Assembly: GCA_000165425.1 (NCBI GenBank)
Contig: CT868053.1
Span: forward strand, 124,001 to 188,000
Length of the DNA stretch: 64,000 nt
Reading direction: 5' to 3'
From: Paramecium tetraurelia
Taxonomy: Eukaryota
This document shows, one piece after another, positions 1 through 11,207 of this stretch; the stretch's first letter is position 1, and each line of letters starts with the position of its first letter. The translations under genes and the position numbers were made by a program. The notes under the pieces were generated by a model that did no database searches, was not told where the DNA came from, and worked only from the letters and a program-made list of their open reading frames with translations.

Positions 1-314
1 ATTCTGATTAAATTGTAAGATATTTTCAACATTAATTTAGAACTCAGATTCTACTTGCTATTGAGTCAAATTAGAGTTCTTACTTAATTCTAAATCAAGG
101 GGTTTGTTAAGTTGCATTCCTTCTTAGCAACTTCTACTTGAGTGTGACTATTCCATCTTTCATAGTACCCTTTTGGATTACTTAAGCTATAGGTTCTCAT
201 AATATTAGTATCAAAACTGACATTGTTCTATTGAGTTTAACACTATTCTGATTAAGGAATCTTATGTATTCCATTTTTCGAGTGGAAACTATAATGCTCA
301 AATTTAGGATTCAT
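1..314 (-). CDS. Hypothetical protein, 5' part (runs off window start)
   Basis: ATG at 314; code-6 frame MNPKFEHYSFHSKNGIHKIPQ... stays open if a 26-nt GTAAG..TAG intron (~58-83) is removed. Confidence 0.45.
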
Positions 315-385
315 AAAATAATAATATAATTATTCTTTTCATTTTTTTATTCAATTTGGTGTAATACGTAAATATAATCGAATTT

Positions 386-2403
386 TCATTATTTCTAATA
401 CTCTTCCCAATACTTGTTATAAGACTGGTGGTTCTTAATCAATTCATCGTGAGTTCCCTATTCTAGAATTCAATTAAGTTACATATTCGTATTGACAATT
501 CTTCCCCAGATACAGAATCTTGTCTGCTACTTTAGTCAAATGCAATCTATGAGTAATGATCAAAACTGTCAGATCTTGAATCTTTAACACTTATTCCAAG
601 GTTTCAATGAAGAATTACTCATTGTTTTGATCCAAAGCTGATGTAGGTTCATCCAATAATAATATTTTGGCTCCTCTCAATAAACATCTTACGATTTATA
701 ACCTCTATTTCTCACCCCCAGAAAATTTATCTTAATACTCTAAGACATCTTACTTGCTTAATCTCCCATCTAAGTGTCATATTGATTTGGCAATGATTCA
801 ATCAACTTAGACAATTTCAATTATGCACACAGTCTTTTCATCTCCTCTTCTTTCTACTTGATCATCTCAGGTGTAAGATCATAAATCAAATCTAGACCGT
901 ATAAAAGGTTGTTTTTGATGGAATCATTAAAAAAGTACGATTGTTATGCAACAATTCCAAAATACTTTCGAAATGATTCCAACTTTAAAGTCTTGATATT
1001 CTAATCATCAATAGAAATATTTCCTTAAGAAGGATCCAACAACCTGAACTAAATGTTTAGTATGAAATAGTTACTATTAAATTAAACAATGTAGATTTTC
1101 CAATTCCACTTTCACCCACAATCACAATCCATTCCCCTCCTTTGATTTGCAAATTAAAATTCTTAAACAATTATTTATTTTCTGTATGCTCAAAAGAGAT
1201 ATCTTGGATATTAATTGAGCCTGTTTTGTACATGAAATCCTTTGCATCTGGTAAATCTTAGATTTTGGGAACTCTTGTCATTATCTAAAGCAGATCTTTC
1301 ATGTCAATTGCTGATTCAACCCATTCTCTATGCATAGTTCCCAATAGAAATAAGGGTTGAATCAATTGAAGCATTAAAGATTAAATAAGTATCAAATCTC
1401 CTGGAGTGATTATGCCAGCTTAGACTCCACTAACTCCTAAGACTAAATTCACTGTCAATCCTATAGAGAGTATTAATCTTTAGATGGCATTCAGTGTGGC
1501 TAATGTTCTGAAAGTGTCGATTGACGATTGTTGCAATTTCTATGTTATTTATTTATAAATCTTTTACTTCTAGCAAGTTGTTGTATCTTTTTAACTCGTA
1601 TTTTTCTGCACTAAAATATTTTACTGTGAATAGATTATCCAAAGCCTGAGATATTGTAAAGTCAGCCAATTTTTCTTGCTTCTTTCTTTGTGATATAATC
1701 TTTCTTCTATACTAAATAGATAGATCTTTACAAATTTTACATTTGAATAGCGGATTGTGAATGCCGAGTAAGCAACAAATGTGGCCAGAAACGATGTAAA
1801 AAATGGCCATCCAAAATTAAAACAGAGTATGGTAGTTGTTAATGAAATGTCTGCTAAAAGAGGCATGAAATATTAGTTCAATGATCTCAAGTTTGACTCA
1901 ATTCCTTTCTGTGCTTTATAGAGGGAGTAGATGTTAGATCTCGAGGAAGTGCTCAAATGAAATTCAGCATCCAAATATAATAGATGCTCATATGTTTGCA
2001 GAGACATTTCTCTCAAAGCCAAAATATTGATCTCAGATAGGTTTCTATTCCTCAAGCCTTCAAAGTATACATAGGCAGAATAACCTATTTTATAATATAC
2101 GGATTACAAACTCCATAGCCAATGAAAAATATGGGGGAGTACATAAGAGTGGCTGGGTTCGAAACCATGTTTATGCCATATTTAATACAAAAGGGTCCTC
2201 CGAAGAAGAAGGTTTTATTCATTATCAAGTTAAAGTAGGCCTGCATTTATAATGACTTAATGGAATCTAGATTAGAATAAGCATTTATTACTAGATGTTT
2301 GAGATGTTGGCAGACAGTACTTTTTATAGAACTGGAGTAGTTTGATTTGGCTATCCTGAATTCGAAGTTTATTTATGAGAGTCTATATTAATTTATTATT
2401 CAT
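386..2403 (-). CDS. ABCB half-transporter, ATM1/ABCB7-like
   Basis: TM domain ([20 protein letters not shown]) then NBD with Walker [10 protein letters not shown], signature FSGGEKQR, Walker [12 protein letters not shown] and ILEQGTHDEL; several tiny introns; TGA at 386-388. Confidence 0.9.
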
Positions 2404-2511
2404 AAAATAATCATTGAGTCTAATAATTTAAATTGGAAAAATGGATAAATGAAGAGTTGTATAACTAAACATTGAGATGATCAAAATATGTAATTAATTG
2501 TCAGAGTATAT

Positions 2512-2935
2512 TCATTATTAATTGTACAATTTGCAGTAGTAATCATGTTTGAGTTGAACTTTTTGGAGTTGATTCCTGATATTTACATTATCTGCTATCA
2601 TTAATTATTAATATAATTTGGTCTAACTCTTGAACAGTTAGATCAAATGTGCGCAAATTTCTTTGTAACTCATCTAATGATGTTAAGAATGAGGAGATGT
2701 AGTAACTCGAACAGGTTTGCGAATTTGCATTAACTCATTTTCCTTATTCGGTGAGTGCAATCTTAATCGCGGTTTTTGCTCACTTGCATTAAAATCTTGA
2801 AATGTACGTTTGAGGTTTATTCATCCTATAAAATGGGGAGCACTTGCTTATTCTGGGGTGTTTCTATGCACTAAAACTACTATTGATTGCGAGTTCATCT
2901 GCTCCAAAGGTAAATCCGGCAATTGAGGTATCCAT
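2512..2935 (-). CDS. Hypothetical protein (~130 aa)
   Basis: MDTSIAGFTFGADEL...; one inferred 25-nt GTA..AAG intron restores the frame to TGA at 2512-2514. Confidence 0.55.
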
Positions 2936-3044
2936 ATGTCTGTTATAAATAATATTAATATAATGAAAGTATTAAAATACTTAATCAAAGAAAGAATGTT
3001 GGCATTATATAATCAATATATATATATATTATATAATTTAATTT

Positions 3045-4049
3045 ATGGACGAATAGTATTCTGATTTATGTGAATTAGTCTTGGATCAAAAGTTGGAAGT
3101 TAGAAAACAAGCATTGATGTTGGTGCTCCAGTATGCTTAGACTGAGGAAGATAGAAAGAATTTCTTATAGACAAATCTAGTATTTAACTTAACAAAACTC
3201 TTGGGAGATGAAGATGTCATGACTTCAGTTCTGTCTGTAATTATTCAATTCGCCATTGATGAATTCTACTAAGAGTAATTCCTAAAATTACATACCCTCC
3301 AAAGAGTGATGGAAATCATCAAAGAAAAGATGCTCAATTTTTATAAGACCAAATAGACAAACGAATAATTGGAACTCACCATCTAATTAGGACTATTGGC
3401 ATTACAAAACATCACCTAAAATGAGGAGGCAAAGGAGGCTTTATTATAATTACAATTTAATGATATCAATAGATGTTTTTATTTCAAGTTGTTTTGCAAC
3501 TTCTTTGTTGATGAGAGATCAGTTTTTATGTTTGCAAATTTCAAATAAGTCTTATTGAATGTCACTTCATCAAGTAATGTGAGATCACAATTGATCAAAG
3601 CAGAAATGAAAATGATGGATTTCTTTTGTAAATTACTTGAAACAGGTGAATTGTTCGCTATTCAATTATTTAAAAACATGGTCTTTGAGTATGAACAATA
3701 AGAAGCATTGGATCAAATTATTCAATTGCAATTCATTGATAAAGCCATAGATTTCCTGGCCAATGATATTGTCATAAATCATGAATTTTTCGATTTAGAA
3801 GAAGGAGAATTGGCATTCTAATTGGCAGTGATGAAATTAAAAAAACAATTCAATAAGACAGAATTCCAAAGTAGAGTGTAAGAAGCAGTTAAATGTTTAC
3901 TCATTATGACCAACATCGAACCAAATTTAACTAAGAACACATACAATAAGGCTAGATTGGATCTGATTATTAGATAATTAAGGAAGCTACAATTTGTTGA
4001 CAAAGATTAATTAGATGTGATTGATACAGTTTATATTTAAGCTTAATGA
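3045..4049 (+). CDS. ARM/HEAT-like helical protein, possibly HGH1 (FAM203)-like
   Basis: Intronless 334-aa code-6 ORF MDEQYSDLCELVLDQKLEVRKQAL...; helical repeats; the family call is a tentative resemblance only. Confidence 0.75.
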
Positions 4050-4081
4050 TTGATTTTATAATATATGATTGCCAAGAATAT

Positions 4082-4807
4082 TCATTCAATTGTGTTGAGA
4101 TTTTAAGAAATAGTGTCTAACTGTTTAGCATAACTTCGAGCGTATGGTGTGATTAATTAGAATTCACCAAATTTAGTTTCATAGTCTTCCAAGACAGATA
4201 TTCGACTCATGGTTCTAAACGACGGCTTTGTTATGAGTCGATTCACGTAATTGTACATGTCTTTCTTTCGAGGATGGATTTGATGTTTGATTTATTGTTG
4301 CTTAATTACATTCGTTGTATATTGTTCTTGTATGTTTCTTTGGATTTGCAATAAGTATCCCTCTTGTATTCTCTGCATTTCCAAATAGACCTATTCATCG
4401 AAGTAGGCCATCCATTGCATGAAGTGAGTTAATTGTTGCTGAGGACGAAGAGCATATTGATGGGGCATCTGAGAGATCAATTACAAGGTGCATCTGGAGA
4501 GAATGAGATCTTCGCTCATGTATTGGATAGGCACCTTGAACACATCATGGATTTCTTTGAGATGGATAGTTTGAGCATATATTTTGGTGAGTTAATTTCT
4601 GATGTAAGCATCAGTGCGATATCTTCTCATTTCTTTGACATTCTTGCAAATTCTGGATATGTAATAACTCAAAGGATGATGATTTAACTTGAGATTGTTC
4701 ACTTAAGTTTTTATCTAATCAGTAACTGTATACACAATTTAATATCTTTTGGTGTTGGTTCTAGACTCATCGAGACTAGAGTACCTTACTCTTACAGCTT
4801 TATTCAT
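4082..4807 (-). CDS. Hypothetical protein (241 aa)
   Basis: Intronless code-6 ORF MNKAVRVRYSSLDESR... to TGA at 4082-4084. Confidence 0.7.
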
Positions 4808-4830
4808 TTATTTATAATAAAATATAAAAA

Positions 4831-5749
4831 TCATTTTAGTGATATTTTTTTCTTTAGCAGACTGGACTTCATTTTATTTTTATGAAATTCTAATTATCTC
4901 AGACTCAGAACATCAGACCATCTTTTATAAAACTCCTTTTTGACTACATTCCCATAAATTTCAGTTCCTATCATTTTAGTTTTATGATTCTTAGGACTAC
5001 CTAAATTATGTTATGAAGGTTAAGTGTGTTAGGTATGCTAGGTATATTAAGTATATTAAGTATTTTGAGTATTTTAGGTAGGTTAAGTAAGTTAAGTAGG
5101 TAAAGTATGATTTGTTGGTCTTTTTTTAGTGATTGTTTATTATATTTCTATGTTCAATATTTTCTTCAATTATTCTTTTTTATTAAGTGAGGCAATTTAC
5201 TATTTTTATTCTTTGATGATAGCTGCAATATTCTTCGTATCAAATCGATTTGATTAGATTAGTTTGAGTAACTACTATAATTGTCTGGAAGTCTATAAAT
5301 CTGTCAAACCTTGGAGTGCTTTAAATGAGAAATGTTAATCTTCAGGTTCAACAACTAACATTCCCAACTGAAATTTGATTTTATTGTACTTTATTTCTCT
5401 TTTCTTCTCATGGTGAGTTTCCAATAAGGACGTTATCTTTTTGATAAAGAACCTGGGGATGTCGGTATGGTATCGATAATATTCTAACAGTTGTTTGTGC
5501 TTCTTCTTGGAATTTTGAACAGTGTAAAAACTAAATAACTAGAGCATATACGATTTGAAATACTCTTCATTTTCTTCATAGCAAACTTAATCTTGGAATT
5601 GAATGATAGTTGAACTTCGAAGTTGGAAATTTGGAGTATGGGATTGATATCTGGAATAAAGAGCCTTACTGTATTTATTTTTAGTCTACCATGTTTAACA
5701 ATTCTGGCATGTTGGGCTTCTGGTCACAAAACATACATGTTATTTACAT
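4831..5749 (-). CDS. Hypothetical ciliate protein with LEYYRYHTDIPRFF motif and (xTQ)n repeat
   Basis: Long open code-6 frame through EYYRYHTDIPRFFIKK..HEKKREIKYNKIK to TGA at 4831-4833; 5' exon structure uncertain. Confidence 0.65.
5011..5100 (-). repeat. 9-bp tandem repeat encoding PTQ LTQ PTQ NTQ NTQ YTQ YTQ HTQ HTQ PSQ
   Basis: Visible 9-nt periodicity (e.g. taagtatat units), in frame within the 4831-5749 gene. Confidence 0.85.
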
Positions 5750-5761
5750 ATTAAATAATTA

Positions 5762-7358
5762 TCAAGGTAATTTAGATTAATTCAAAATTAAGTTAGAAAT
5801 TTGAAGAAATTCCAAAACAAAATGAGGCAAACTATTGTCTTCCAAGTCATCACTGTCAAAAGAATAATTTTCAATATTCTAGAGCGAAGGACGAAATGAA
5901 CTAGCCTTCACAGCAAATTTCTCCAACGTTTATGTGATATTCAACAAATTGGATTGCTTATGCTGCATCCTTGGAGACTCTTGAGAGCATTGGCTCTATA
6001 AATAGAGTGATCGCATCCCTCCTTGCTTAGTTAGTTGAGATCCTTCAACTGATATTGATCTATAGACCATATCTGAAAGTAGATTTTGACTTTTCAAATT
6101 CTATAAGACTTCATTTAAGGAACTTCTTTATTTTGGATTCTTCTACAACATACCCTTAACCAACTGTATGGTTTTTTGACTTACATTAACAAAACAATAT
6201 TCACTAAAATCTATTTCGCATTTTTTATTTGCTCTGATAACGTTTTCTTAATTAAGTCCCTTAAATGGAGGTTTACCTGTCAATAATAAATAATAAACAA
6301 CACCCAAACTAAAAACATCTCCCACTTCAGTATATGGTGTATGAGTGAAAATTTCTGGAGCCATATAACCAATAGTACCTTATCCAGATGTCAAGAATTC
6401 TCTATTAATTTATTCTGCAAATCCAAAATCAATAATCTTGATTTGATCCTTGTCTATGAGAATATTTTCCAATTTAATGTCTCTGTGCACATATCCTAAA
6501 CTGAATAGATTTACTGTACTTACCTATGAATGGCCTAAAGTCCCAAGGCAACTCTGTGGATAATCGCACTAGCCTCACACTCTTAAATTCTGACTTTCTC
6601 TTTTAATAATTTATACAAGGATCCACTGCGCAATAATTCTGTAATTAAAACTATCAAAATTCTCAGAAATATTTACTTAATTACTCATCCAATTAGATTA
6701 TTTCGTACAACGTCAATATGAAGGGAGAGTTGACTTGCTTCAAAATTTCACATTCAGCTTTGACCAGTTAGGCTAAACAACTTAGATTTTTCTTTTATGC
6801 CAATTCATTTTTATTATAGACCTTTCCGGCATAATATTAGTTTTAAAATGATTATTTATTCAAAGGACACAACTTGTACACTTTTGAGTATCCACCCTTA
6901 CCCATCAAATCCTAGATAGTATAAAGCTAATTCAAAATTTTAGCAAATGCAAAATGCTGTTAATCGTTTGAAGAAGGTGAAAGTTTACTAACTGAAGAAT
7001 CATTTTTAAACTTTTACAAATCTGCATTCCAGAAATAGGAATATACTTATTAATTTCTCTTTACTCTAATCACTTTAACTAGATCCTAATCCTTATTCTA
7101 GATCTTCAAATCAATTAGCTTAGCACTCATCTGATAATTCAACAACAACCATCTGATGTTATTATTTTTCTAATAGCATAACATTCCTCCTCCAGTCAAG
7201 ATATAAGTTCTCTCCTTGATTACTTAATTTTTTCTATCTGTCTTACTCAATTATTGAGTTATAAGTATTTCACCATCCAAAACACATTCCCCTCGGTTCC
7301 AAAACTTATCGCATACATCATTTTCCAAATATACTGGCCATTATACTTATTAGGACAT
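5762..7358 (-). CDS. Ser/Thr protein kinase (CAMK-like) with N-terminal extension
   Basis: [46 protein letters not shown]; tiny introns. Confidence 0.9.
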
Positions 7359-7492
7359 AATAGATAAATAAATTAAAAATTGATGTTCAAATCGAAAAGT
7401 AAAAACAAGAAACTCCGAAATTAATTATTGTATTTGTTTTTAAAATATTCAATTAAAATTTCTATTAATATAAAATAATTAATTATAGTGTC

Positions 7493-8220
7493 TCAGCAAA
7501 TCAAATTTTGTTAACCAAATAGTCTTTCATCGTTTGAATAAACTGGGATTTAAGAAAGAGTATGCTTTTCAAATTTATCCTCTGTCAAATTAAAACATGC
7601 CCTACAAGCAGGCTTATAGCAGTCCTCTCCTCCGATTAATTCAACTTAATTTTATTTATATTTTATACTTTCTTAAGATTAAACTGTTCTTTTGGTAAAT
7701 GAAGCATTCTCCTTCTTACAAAACCAACAAACAGCTGTTAACTTAGTGATGCGTTCCGCCAATGGAATCAAACTCAAGATGTTCCGAAAAGGCTTTCTAT
7801 CAAAGGTACCATCAAGAGCAGCAACGATTACTATTTTCCCCAAATTCGCCATTGCTTCACTAAACTCAACAATCTAATAGAATATTTAGTAATTAAGTTA
7901 CATCGCAAAAGAATTGTCCTTCATCAATGGCTACAACATCGTAGTCTTTGCATTTCTCAAAAGCATCAAATAATTTGGTCACTTTTATGGCTTTCAAATA
8001 TTATCTAAATTTAGAACTAGATTATTACTTGTCATGACTAGAAATGCACTGATCATCTGAGTATCTGTTATCATTAGCATAATTAAGAACTGCACATTTT
8101 CTTTCAGATATTGTAAATCTTTTAACTAATCTCATCAATTCACTTGTTTTACCAGAAAACTACATCATTTTAAATTATTACCATTGGACCATATATTACT
8201 GAAATAGTTCCTGTGAACAT
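7493..8220 (-). CDS. TK1: Thymidine kinase (TK1 family)
   Basis: [14 protein letters not shown]-loop across an intron, [21 protein letters not shown], zinc-site TAVCWFC and YKPACRACF. Confidence 0.96.
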
Positions 8221-8245
8221 TATTTTAATTTCAAATTATTTTAAT

Positions 8246-8299
8246 GCGCCGAATTAAGTATTTCAATTTAAGTACCTTATCATTTCCCGCTTTTTTGAA
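8246..8299. promoter_or_regulatory. Putative E2F-type sites and CHR-like hexamer upstream of thymidine kinase
   Basis: TTTCCCGC at 8283-8290 followed by TTTGAA at 8294-8299; TTCGGCGC on the minus strand at 8246-8253; CG-rich islands in very AT-rich DNA. Confidence 0.45.
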
Positions 8300-9231
8300 A
8301 TTTTAAATACTCCTTGTTAACAGGGGAGAGATGAGCAAAATTAATAACAGATTATATGTTTGTTCCTAAAAATAGAATTTATCACCGAAATAAAATATAA
8401 TTGTTAATTTATAATATTTTCAGTTTAAGAGAAAGGGATTCTTAAGTGCATATTGTTCTCAATTGAATCTACTAAACGACATAAAATTTATCTATCTAAT
8501 TTACCTATTTAATAGGTAGACTTTATGTTTCAGGTTATAAGTTGGTAATTTTTGTCAACTTACCAATTATGTTAATTATTGATTTATTTACTAGCAAGTG
8601 AATGACATGAGACTATTCGTTGAATTTTAAAGGGGTTAAGAAGTCTGTATTTTTAGATAAGAGTAAATAATAAAAAATTATTTTAGATCTGTCTTATTCC
8701 ATTTGAATTTTCTCTAATTTTTTCCATTTTATGATATCCTTCTAGAGTATATTTACGAATATCAATTATTCTTGCACTTTACTTCGAAACATCAATTCCT
8801 ATTCCAGTAAGTTATATCTTAATTAAGTTTAGATTATAACCAAACATTTAGATACTGGATAATAAAAGATTGACTACTAGTCTCTATTGTGATTGAAATC
8901 ATCAAATTTTGATGTATTTATAAGGAACTTTGTTTGGGATATATGAATCAATTTATTGTAGAGAAGCCATCCAAAAATTAGAGTGGGTAATGGCTTAATG
9001 TGCTTAAAATAGCAAATATGACAACCAATCAACTTTTTAATTCTGTGGTATAAAACATGATTAAGATAGAATTGTTTTGCTTTAATACATGGAATAGTTT
9101 TATTTTATATAATATCAATTAAAAATCAGTAAGATAGTGTTATTAAACTCTAAAATACCGATTTAATGATATTAATTGGTAATAAATGATTGGTTTGATT
9201 TATAATTTAAATTTGATAATTGTCATAAAAA

Positions 9232-10988
9232 ATGGGAGTTTGTGCATCTAAAAGCGATCCAAAGAAAGTAAAGAAACAAAAGCCGTAATCTGTAACCATA
9301 CCTCCTCAGTAGACTCTTACTACTAGAGAACACAAAACGACTACAATATAATTTTAAGAGCCCAGTACGATTCAACGAGGTACCACATCACTTCATCGTG
9401 CTTCTCCTAATCAATCAATAACTCCTATCTAAAAAGTGTCATAAAATAATGTAACCACTCCTGTTCAACGAGTGTCTCCTTCTAATCATCCAACCCCAAA
9501 GACTATGATCATCTAATCAACACAATTACAAGAAAGAAGCAGAAACGGATCTATGTTGAATATTCCTTAGCAAAGATTGAGCACAAAGCCAGGTTCAAAG
9601 TCCATTCAATCTCCAGCCTCCAGAAACTATTCTGTTGTCTCTAGATAAAATCACAGTAAATAATTTATGTATGTTTGAAGAAAGCCAAAGCAAAACAGTG
9701 ATGTAACATAACGAGACTGGACAATTGGTGTTGGTAGAAATGATCAAATTTGAAAACAGGAGTCAACAATTTATTGACATGTTAGAAGAACTACGATTGG
9801 TAATTCTGAATATTAATAATTAAGGATCAAATGAATATAGTTAAAATATTAGATATTCACATGGATTCACATAAAAGAAATCATCAAGTTGTTTATGAAC
9901 ATTGCCAAGGTGGACACCTTTCTAAGTTTCTAGATTCAAACTAATTGGAATACTAAACCATCGGGTCCATGTTTTATCAAATGGTAGAAGCCTTGGCATA
10001 TGTTCATTCATTAGGTTACAGTCACGATGAATTGACTATTGATAGTTTCTCAGTCTTCGATGATTCTTCTACGCCCTTCATCAAATTATCAGAAATTAGA
10101 AGCATCTACTAATTTATGTATCCTAAGAATTCTCTTCTTTATGAACCACCTAATTCCCCTAATCATCATCATCATCACAAAGATTACAAAGATCACTCTA
10201 AACCTTAAAATATCTAAACTAAAAACAGGAGCTAATCCAATGATATCTGGGCACTGGCTATTATTGTTTTGTAATTACTTACTCATAAATTTCCTTTTGA
10301 AATTGAAGAAATCCATAAATTCAAAGCAGAAGAAGTTTATGCTGAACAAGAATAGGACATCTATCCTTTATTAATAGAAATGCTTCACCATAATCCAAAT
10401 GAGAGAATCACTCTTGAGAAATGTTTACTTCATCCATATCTTATTAAAATGAAATAGGTTCAACCCAAAGATTACATTATGCCATTCACCAACATCATCA
10501 AATGCAAGAATATGACTTATCTACACAAATGTCTATTTCGATATCTTTTAACTTTATATGCATCAGATCACTTAAAAGTACTTAATAAGCTATTTACTAC
10601 TGCAGACCTCAACAAAGATGGTTCATTAAGTGAAGATGAATTACAGCCTCTCCTAAATGAGTAACCACAGGAATATTCTCTTCAGATATCCGACTTTGTT
10701 AACATAACTTAAGAAGAATTCCTTTTATTTGCAGCCGATAAGCAGTAAGTGCTTACTCAGGATTGCCTTACATTAAGCTTCAAGGCGTTGTCCAAATCCT
10801 AAAACATAATAACTCCAAAGTTGATTTGCAAAGTTATTACCGATTGCAACGAAGAATAACTCTAATAGGATTTCGATACTTATAACTTAAATTATACAGT
10901 AAAATTTACCAAAATATCATATTAGCTCTAATAAAAAGAATATGAAACATTTCTAATCAATTACTAATCTCCCTAACCTATTGTTTGA
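9232..10988 (+). CDS. CDPK-like pseudokinase with N-terminal acylation motif and EF-hand
   Basis: Starts MGVCASK; kinase fold (VYEHCQGG, DIWALAII, HHNPNERITLEKCLLHPY) but HRD->HDE and DFG->EIR; EF-hand DLNKDGSLSEDE. Confidence 0.85.
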
Positions 10989-11207
10989 AGATAGTGACCT
11001 AATTTGATTAATTTTTTTGAGTCTCCAATTAAATTAAAATATATATGATTAAATTCTTAACTAGTCAAATTATGGTGAAATATTTTAATAATTAATATTA
11101 ATATTTCGAGATTAAAAGAAGATACTCTCCCTTTAAATATTATTTAATAATAATACAATAATACAAATAAAACTAAGTGACACATATTATGGTTGTAAAT
11201 ATATATT

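Noticed and set aside
8310..8328. Small GC-rich hairpin CTCCTTGTTAACAGGGGAG
   Set aside because: Imperfect stem with no box motifs or target; insufficient for an RNA call
8400..9200. Long TGA-free frames on both strands between TK and the pseudokinase
   Set aside because: No recognisable motif or consistent start and intron structure; with a single stop codon such frames arise by chance. It may be a decayed gene
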